The translations under genes and the position numbers were made by a program. From the NCBI GenBank assembly GCA_046757385.1, contig JBHHYD010000001.1:1-29583 (forward strand): a DNA stretch of 29,583 nt, read 5' to 3'. The number at the start of each line of letters is the position of its first letter. The stretch's first letter is position 1. Positions 17,322 through 23,157 of this stretch are shown piece after piece. A model generated the notes under the pieces. That model searched no databases. It worked only from the letters and a program-made list of their open reading frames with translations, and had not been told where the DNA came from. Source of the stretch: Minisyncoccia bacterium. GTDB lineage: Bacteria > Patescibacteriota > Minisyncoccia > Phycocordibacterales > UBA2163.

Positions 17322-17953
17322 AAGAAGATTTTAAAATTATAGACATATCACTTCCGCTTAATTCTTCCACGGTTATTTATCCAAATAATCCTAAAGTTGA
17401 GATTGAAGAAAATATTGATAAAAGAAAAGGATTAACCGTAACAGATTCAAAAATTACTCTTGGCTCGCATACCGGAACTCACATAGATGCGCCAAGGCAC
17501 GTTTTTGAAGACGGTGCAACGCTTGATCAAATCCCGCTTGAGCAGATAGTAGGCAAATGCAGAGTTTTGGATTTTACAGACGCTGAAGAATCTATAAAAA
17601 CTTCTGATCTAGAGAAGCACGATATTAAAGAAGGGGAAAGGATACTTGCAAAAACAAAGAATTCAGAGATTGGTTTTGATGAATTTAGAAACGACTATAT
17701 TTATTTAGACGGCAATGCAGCAGAGTATTTAGCAAAGAAAAGGGTAGCCCTTTTCGGTATTGACTATTTGTCTGTAAAACAAAGGGGAAGCGAGGATATA
17801 AGACCTCATACAGAGCTTTTGAAAAACAACATAGTAATATTTGAAGGACTTGATTTGTCTCAAGTAGAGGAAGGAGAGTATATGTTTGTAGGACTTCCTA
17901 TTAGATTTACAGGAATAGACGGCTCACCAGCAAGAGCGATTTTACTTAAATAA
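17318..17953 (+). CDS. Cyclase family metal-dependent hydrolase (KynB-like)
   Basis: GSHTGTHIDAPRH, GIDYLSV, H..LL...IVIFEGL, GSPARAIL. Confidence 0.9.
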   Translation: MKEDFKIIDISLPLNSSTVIYPNNPKVEIEENIDKRKGLTVTDSKITLGSHTGTHIDAPRHVFEDGATLDQIPLEQIVGKCRVLDFTDAEESIKTSDLEKHDIKEGERILAKTKNSEIGFDEFRNDYIYLDGNAAEYLAKKRVALFGIDYLSVKQRGSEDIRPHTELLKNNIVIFEGLDLSQVEEGEYMFVGLPIRFTGIDGSPARAILLK

Positions 17954-17955
17954 AA

Positions 17956-17991
17956 ATCCCTAGGGATATCCCTAGGATTAATCCTAGGGAT
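17956..17991. repeat. Three abutting CCTAGG-centred palindromes between convergent stops
   Basis: ATCCCTAGGGAT ATCCCTAGGATT AATCCTAGGGAT. Confidence 0.8.
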
Positions 17992-18756
17992 TTATAGAAA
18001 CTCCAGAAGTCCCTCGTAGTTTATGAAGTCGAAGAATTCGTAGCCGTACTGGATAGTTAAGCCGAAGTTGTCTGTTACAAGGAGAAGTCCTAACAGAATA
18101 AGAAATACTCCACCTACATACGAAACTATTTTTAAGTATTTAGAGAGTTTTGTTATGTATTTCGTGGCATGAGAGAAGCCGAGTGCAATTGCGATAAATG
18201 GTATAGCAAGCCCGAGCGAGAATACGGTAAGCATCAGCGCACCCTGCAAGGCCGTTGTCGTAGTTGCTGTGAGCAAAAGTATTGAACCAAGTATAGGCCC
18301 TACACACGGTGTCCAGCCGAATGCAAACGCTCCGCCTATTGCAAAAGAGCTTGACGGGCGTCCTATAGTGAGCCATTTTGGCGTTCTGAATCGGCGTTCT
18401 TTTTGCAGGAAGTTGAGATTAAATACTCCGAGCATAAAGAGACCGAAGATTATAACAAGCCCACCTCCTATGCGCCCGAACCAGAGCCGAAATGGAGTGA
18501 GAGCTTGACCCACAACTCCAGCTAATGTTCCAAATATTATAAATACTAGGGTAAATCCTAGGATAAAAAATATGCCGTTTAGGAATATCTTTCTTCTTGC
18601 TTCTCTCCCTTTCTCTGGATCTTGTGCATCAGCCTCTGACACACCACTTATAAATCCAAGGTATGCCGGCACTAAGGGGAGCGTGCAGGGGGCAAGGAAT
18701 GTCAAAAGTCCTGCGAAAAAAGCTGATAATAAAAATCCTATACTTATTGCTTCCAT
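17992..18756 (-). CDS. ccdA: CcdA / DsbD-beta disulfide transport membrane protein
   Basis: FLAPCTLPLVPAYL and FGWTPCVGPILGSIL cysteine motifs; about 6 TM segments. Confidence 0.92.
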   Translation of the reverse strand: MEAISIGFLLSAFFAGLLTFLAPCTLPLVPAYLGFISGVSEADAQDPEKGREARRKIFLNGIFFILGFTLVFIIFGTLAGVVGQALTPFRLWFGRIGGGLVIIFGLFMLGVFNLNFLQKERRFRTPKWLTIGRPSSSFAIGGAFAFGWTPCVGPILGSILLLTATTTTALQGALMLTVFSLGLAIPFIAIALGFSHATKYITKLSKYLKIVSYVGGVFLILLGLLLVTDNFGLTIQYGYEFFDFINYEGLLEFL

Positions 18757-18765
18757 AATGTTTTT

Positions 18766-19320
18766 TTAATTATTAATAACAGAATTTACTTTTTGCCGCA
18801 TTTCATCCAAATCCATAGGACCTCTTTTATGGATAATAATATTGCCCTCAGCATCTGCAAAAATTGTCTCCGGCATAGAGAACCCGCCTATGCCTTTGTA
18901 AAATGCATCTTTAGGGTCAAGCAGGAATGTCATTCTCTCTGTCACACCTATCTCATCTGTAAATCCTTTTGCTTTCTCAAGTGACTCCTGCCTGTCTATA
19001 GCAACGACTGTTATTTCATTACCAAACTCCTCCTGGAGCTGCGCGAAATCCTCAAGCTCTGCTCTGCAGAACGGACACCATACAGCCCATGAATTAAGAA
19101 CGTGTGGCTTACCTTGAAATTGGCTCAAAGTAAATGTGTTTCCTTCGTAATCTTCAAATGAAAGGTCAGGAATTTTGTCATAATCATTTTCTTCTTTTTG
19201 TCCATCCTCTGATGCAGTTACTTCAGACTCATTTGTCATATCACTAGTATCTCCATTGCGAAGTATCAGGAAGCCCCCTCCTATAATAAATATAATGATA
19301 ATTGTTATAATTGCTTTCAT
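18766..19320 (-). CDS. TlpA/ResA-like membrane-anchored thiol-disulfide oxidoreductase
   Basis: N-terminal TM; LNSWAVWCPFCRAEL; MPETIF. Confidence 0.88.
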   Translation of the reverse strand: MKAIITIIIIFIIGGGFLILRNGDTSDMTNESEVTASEDGQKEENDYDKIPDLSFEDYEGNTFTLSQFQGKPHVLNSWAVWCPFCRAELEDFAQLQEEFGNEITVVAIDRQESLEKAKGFTDEIGVTERMTFLLDPKDAFYKGIGGFSMPETIFADAEGNIIIHKRGPMDLDEMRQKVNSVINN

Positions 19321-19324
19321 AATA

Positions 19325-20308
19325 TTATTTTAATAGTTCTGTCTCCGGATGTACAGCGAGCCATGAGAACCAGAAGCCGTCTACGTGAGGTACTGGACCG
19401 CCATTTGCTGTTATCTTTACCACATCAGTCTCATCTTTTGTTATTTCTATGTTTTTGCCGGCAAATGTATCTTTAGTTGTTCCAACTTTAAGGGAATCTC
19501 TCTCGTATGCCTTAAACTTTCCGTCAATCTCAATTCCAAGAACAAATGTTTTTGGATGTAGTCTGTTGTCACTGAAAGTTGCTCCGAAACTTACTGATTC
19601 GTCTGTATAATAATCTCCATACGGATCAAGGCCATAACTTCTTATAGCTCCTGTCTCGCGGGAGAGCACCTCTGTATTTGGATGCGCTTTTTTCCAAGCG
19701 CCGTACTTTACTGTGTCGGCTGGCAGTATTTTTAACTTTTCTCCAGTTGATACACCAAGCACTGCCTCTCCTAAGACTTGCGACCAGAGAGACTCATCAT
19801 CAGGATTTTGCGTGCGGTTATACATAAGCAGATTTGACTGCCAAAGCTTTCCTGATACTCCGAACTCTTGGGCTATTCCATTTACTTTCGGATCAAAAAC
19901 GATACCTGTTGCGCAAAGCGGGCAGTAAGTAACAAGCACGCGATCGTTCTTGATAGTATCGTTTACGATCTCATGCCATACAAGCACTTGATATGGATAG
20001 AAACGCTCGACCCCGTTAAATACAAGTCCAAGACCTACATCAGTATTGGTCAAGTATTCATCGGCTTCTTTTGTAGAGATAAACTTAGGGTTATCAATGG
20101 ATGGTATACCGTCTTTTCCTGGACCTCCTGAAAGGATTTCATTAAGGGGGATTGAGTGTTTTACACCATCTGTAATAAGTATTTTATTATTTAATGATGA
20201 TATTTTTTCACTTTTTTCGTTCATTGGGATAGGGAATTGATTAGCATTTCTATAAAATATAAAGCCAATGCCTGCGATGACGACTAAAATAATTATAAGA
20301 AATCTCAT
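19325..20308 (-). CDS. DUF3179 domain protein
   Basis: GGPGKDGIPSIDNPKF, WHEIVND, TYCPLCATG, FGVSGKLWQSNLLMY, FWFSWLAVHPET. Confidence 0.88.
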   Translation of the reverse strand: MRFLIIILVVIAGIGFIFYRNANQFPIPMNEKSEKISSLNNKILITDGVKHSIPLNEILSGGPGKDGIPSIDNPKFISTKEADEYLTNTDVGLGLVFNGVERFYPYQVLVWHEIVNDTIKNDRVLVTYCPLCATGIVFDPKVNGIAQEFGVSGKLWQSNLLMYNRTQNPDDESLWSQVLGEAVLGVSTGEKLKILPADTVKYGAWKKAHPNTEVLSRETGAIRSYGLDPYGDYYTDESVSFGATFSDNRLHPKTFVLGIEIDGKFKAYERDSLKVGTTKDTFAGKNIEITKDETDVVKITANGGPVPHVDGFWFSWLAVHPETELLK

Positions 20309-20343
20309 AAGCTTATTTTTTTATTATATCACACATGTCAAGG

Positions 20344-20410
20344 GTGCGCGGAAAAGGTCGTTCCTCGAGGAGCCTGAAAGGCGGAAGAGGTGCGACCTTG
20401 AGGAGCGCAC
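20344..20410. repeat. GC-rich cruciform element between divergent DUF3179 and rnhB promoters
   Basis: Outer GTGCGC/GCGCAC; inner AAGGTCGTTCCTC/GAGGTGCGACCTT; inverted copy at 20520-20608. Confidence 0.8.
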
Positions 20411-20427
20411 GATGGTATACTTATCAA

Positions 20428-21072
20428 ATGAAATACAAATATATCATCGGCATAGACGAAGCAGGCAGAGGCCCTCTTGCAGGGCCTGTTGCTGTGGGAG
20501 CTGTGCTTGTGCCAGCAGACGCTCCTCAAGGTCTCACTGTTCCAAGGTCGCACCTCTCCCGTCGCTATCGCTCCTCCTCGAGGAACGACCTTATGACCTT
20601 TTCCCGCGTCAAGGATTCAAAGAAACTTACTGAGATTCAGAGAGAAAAAATATTTGAAAAAATAAAAGAAAACAAAAACATACGATATATCGTATGTTTT
20701 GCGAGTGCTAGGCAGATTGATAAGTTGGGGATAGTAAAAGCGATTGGTAATGCACTAAAGAAAGCACTTGCGAAGCTTGATGCAAACCCTAACAAATGCA
20801 AAATACTTCTTGACGGCACACTCAAAGCGCCAGTTAAATATAAAAATAAAAAGACAATAATAAAAGGAGACGAAAAAGAGTTTGTAATCTCTCTTGCTTC
20901 AATTGCTGCAAAAGTTGAGAGGGACAAAAAGATGCAAAATTTTTCTAAAAAATATCCTAAATATAATTTTGAAAAGCATAAAGGATACGGCACAAAAGAG
21001 CATTACAGAAAAATCAAAAAACATGGGATTTGTGATATTCATCGCAAAACCTTTGTCAAGGTTCGACCTTGA
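20428..21072 (+). CDS. rnhB: Ribonuclease HII with an Arg/Ser-rich internal insertion
   Basis: IGIDEAGRGPLAGPV, KDSKKL, LLDG, IIKGD, SLASIAAKVERD, HKGYGT, IHRKTF. Start ATG20428 is 6 nt after TGG-TATACT; the track start at 20335 translates the repeat. Confidence 0.95.
   Translation: MKYKYIIGIDEAGRGPLAGPVAVGAVLVPADAPQGLTVPRSHLSRRYRSSSRNDLMTFSRVKDSKKLTEIQREKIFEKIKENKNIRYIVCFASARQIDKLGIVKAIGNALKKALAKLDANPNKCKILLDGTLKAPVKYKNKKTIIKGDEKEFVISLASIAAKVERDKKMQNFSKKYPKYNFEKHKGYGTKEHYRKIKKHGICDIHRKTFVKVRP
20520..20608. repeat. Inverted copy of the upstream cruciform, in frame inside rnhB
   Basis: Exact reverse-complement blocks: 20574-20592 vs 20354-20372 (19 bp), 20543-20557 vs 20386-20400 (15 bp), 20520-20532 vs 20395-20407 (13 bp). 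Confidence 0.85.
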
Positions 21073-21075
21073 CAA
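21053..21075. repeat. Perfect 10-3-10 palindrome over the rnhB stop
   Basis: TTGTCAAGGT-TCG-ACCTTGACAA; same AGGT-N3-ACCT core. Confidence 0.8.
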
Positions 21076-21078
21076 TAG

Positions 21079-21107
21079 TTGCCAAAGAAGCCAAGTTTTG
21101 GTACAGT
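21079..21107 (+). promoter_or_regulatory. Promoter of rpmF (leaderless geometry)
   Basis: TTGCCA-17 nt-TACAGT, 7 nt before ATG21115. Confidence 0.6.
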
Positions 21108-21114
21108 ATTCTTT

Positions 21115-21414
21115 ATGTCAGTACGAATGAGACATACACGAGGACATACGCAAAATAGACGCTCACACCACGCGCTTGAAGAGAAGCGGCTTTCTCTGTG
21201 TCCAGATTGTAAGGCACCCACAGAAAGGCATACGGTATGCAGCGCATGCGGAAGATACAGAGGCAGAGTGGTGATTGATATGGCGGCAAAACTTGAGAAA
21301 AAGCAGGCCAAAGAAAAGGCAAAGAAACAAGATAGAACTGAAGAGGCTACTAACGAGCCGGAAGAAGTGGTAGAAGATAAACCACTTGATGCAGCAGAGC
21401 TGTCAAAAAAGTAA
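21115..21414 (+). CDS. rpmF: 50S ribosomal protein bL32 (Zn-binding form) with C-terminal extension
   Basis: MSVRMRHTRGHTQNRRSHHAL...CPDC.....HTVCSACGRYRGRVV; 99 aa from ATG21115. Confidence 0.92.
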   Translation: MSVRMRHTRGHTQNRRSHHALEEKRLSLCPDCKAPTERHTVCSACGRYRGRVVIDMAAKLEKKQAKEKAKKQDRTEEATNEPEEVVEDKPLDAAELSKK

Positions 21415-21418
21415 AGTG

Positions 21419-21508
21419 CGATACCAATATACGAATGGCATGCTAATTATACAAATTCACACTTGTATAATATTAGTATCATTAGTATAAATTAGTATAT
21501 TAGCATCG
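21419..21508. repeat. Long AT-rich imperfect inverted repeat built from ATTAGTAT-like units
   Basis: ATTATACAA/TTGTATAAT core; outer arms 21420-21436 and 21491-21507 match at 14/17; ATTAG(T/C)AT at 21472, 21481, 21491, 21499. Confidence 0.65.
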
Positions 21509-21515
21509 ATTCATA

Positions 21516-22463
21516 ATGAATAGGCACCTTTCAAGATCAATAGTATTACAGACTTTGTTTGAACTTGATTTCAACGGTCTTATTGGTGGAAATAAAAAGA
21601 CTACCAGCCCGAGGCTGGTCGGTCTTGGGCCGAAAGATATTGAGGCGACTCTCACTAGAGTCGCCGAAGAATTCGCTCCCGGTATGGGAGATTTTTCATT
21701 TGTAAAAGAGCTCTTAAACAGTCTTATTAAAAAGCAAAAAGATATTGATAAAATCATAGAAAAAGCTGCTCCAGAGTGGTCGATTGATAAAATCTCTGTC
21801 GTAGATAGAAATATTTTAAGGATAGGATTGTTTGAACTTTTGTTTGCAGATAGAAAAGAAGTTCCTGCAAAAGTTGCTATAAATGAAGCAATTGAACTTG
21901 CAAAGACATTCGGCGGAGAAAGTAGCGGCAGGTTTGTGAACGGTGTTCTGGGTGCAGTGTATAAAGAAATAGGGGAGCCGGGCAAAGACGAGGTTTCCAA
22001 AAAGAAGCCGAAGAAAAAAATTGAGGATGTTCCGTATGAGAAAATGCCTATCAAACGACTCGGCGGGTGTGTGGTATATGCAAAGGATGGAAAAGATATA
22101 TATCTTGCACTTGTTCACGATGTGTTCGGGCACTGGACTCTCTCAAAGGGGGGAATAAAAGAAAAAGAGGATAAAGAGAAAGGCACAGTGCGCAAAATAA
22201 AAGAAGAGCTTGGGATTACTGTAAAAATAAAAGAAAAACTTGGAGAAAATGAGTACGTGGCTTCTGACCCGGAAGAAGGAAAGATAAGAAAGCAGGTTAC
22301 TTATTATCTCGCAGAATCAAAGTTTGAAGATTTGAAGCTTGAGAACAAAGGCGGACTTGACGATGCAAAATGGTTCAAACTCGGAGACATTGTGGACCTA
22401 AATTTTTATGATGATATACTTCCTATCGTGACAAAAGCGATTAATATATTACTTAAGAAATAA
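21516..22463 (+). CDS. nusB: Transcription antitermination factor NusB fused to a C-terminal Nudix-like domain
   Basis: RHLSRSIVLQTLF, APEWSIDKISVVDRNILR, VAINEAIELAKTFG..SGRFVNGVLG; C-terminal WTLSKG-G5-E...RKIKEELGI Nudix box. Confidence 0.92.
   Translation: MNRHLSRSIVLQTLFELDFNGLIGGNKKTTSPRLVGLGPKDIEATLTRVAEEFAPGMGDFSFVKELLNSLIKKQKDIDKIIEKAAPEWSIDKISVVDRNILRIGLFELLFADRKEVPAKVAINEAIELAKTFGGESSGRFVNGVLGAVYKEIGEPGKDEVSKKKPKKKIEDVPYEKMPIKRLGGCVVYAKDGKDIYLALVHDVFGHWTLSKGGIKEKEDKEKGTVRKIKEELGITVKIKEKLGENEYVASDPEEGKIRKQVTYYLAESKFEDLKLENKGGLDDAKWFKLGDIVDLNFYDDILPIVTKAINILLKK
21604..21633 (+). repeat. 30-bp twin-hairpin element, copy 3 (in frame in nusB)
   Basis: CCAGCC-CGA-GGCTGG TCGGTC-TTG-GGCCGA (one G.T wobble change); encodes SPRLVGLGP. 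Confidence 0.9.
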
Positions 22464-22464
22464 T

Positions 22465-23154
22465 ATGGATTTCTCACAATTTGAAGATAAGACAAATATT
22501 ACATTTAAAGATAAAGACTTGCTCATGCAGGCGTTTTTACATCGTTCATACTTGAATGAAAATAAGGGACTGAAAATGGACCATAATGAGCGGTTAGAAT
22601 TTCTTGGAGATGCTGTGCTTGAACTTGTTGTTACAGAATATCTATACAGCAAATACCCTAAAAAACCAGAAGGAGACTTAACTTCATACAGAGCAGCACT
22701 CGTTAACACCTCAACTTTATCTACTGTCGCAACAGGGCTTTCCATGAATGACTACTTACTTCTCTCAAAGGGGGAGGCAAAAGACACAGGCCGCGCGAGG
22801 CAGTATATACTTGCGAATACTTTTGAAGCGTTTGTAGGCGCGCTTTATCTTGATCAAGGATATGAAAAGGCAAAGGATTTCATCGCGCAAAATCTTTTCC
22901 CACTGACAGATGAAATAGTAGAAAAAGGCCTTTGGCAGGATGCTAAAAGCCGTTTTCAGGAGATAGCACAGGAAAAAGAGAACACTACTCCTCAATATAA
23001 AACTGTTCAGGAAATAGGACCAGACCATGCCAAGAATTTCGTAGTAGGAGTGTATCTTAATGAGGAGGAAGTAGGAAAAGGCGAAGGAAAATCTAAGCAA
23101 GAGGCAGAACAAGCCGCTGCTCAAAACGCGTTAGAGGTAAAACAATGGAATTAA
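22465..23154 (+). CDS. rnc: Ribonuclease III
   Basis: HNERLEFLGDAVLEL signature, ANTFEAFVGALYLD, dsRBD DAKSRFQE...GEGKSKQEAEQAAA. Confidence 0.97.
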   Translation: MDFSQFEDKTNITFKDKDLLMQAFLHRSYLNENKGLKMDHNERLEFLGDAVLELVVTEYLYSKYPKKPEGDLTSYRAALVNTSTLSTVATGLSMNDYLLLSKGEAKDTGRARQYILANTFEAFVGALYLDQGYEKAKDFIAQNLFPLTDEIVEKGLWQDAKSRFQEIAQEKENTTPQYKTVQEIGPDHAKNFVVGVYLNEEEVGKGEGKSKQEAEQAAAQNALEVKQWN

Positions 23155-23157
23155 ATC

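Noticed and set aside
19325-20308. Selenoprotein or UGA recoding (genetic code 25)
   Set aside because: No in-frame TGA occurs in this ORF, and TGA acts as a normal stop in tal, nnrE and rnhB.
20335-20427. N-terminal extension of rnhB in the track (likewise starts 722, 21079 and 26269 for DUF167, rpmF and pheT)
   Set aside because: The extensions translate repeat, promoter or upstream-gene DNA; family motifs and promoter spacing point to ATG 20428, 923, 21115 and 26482.
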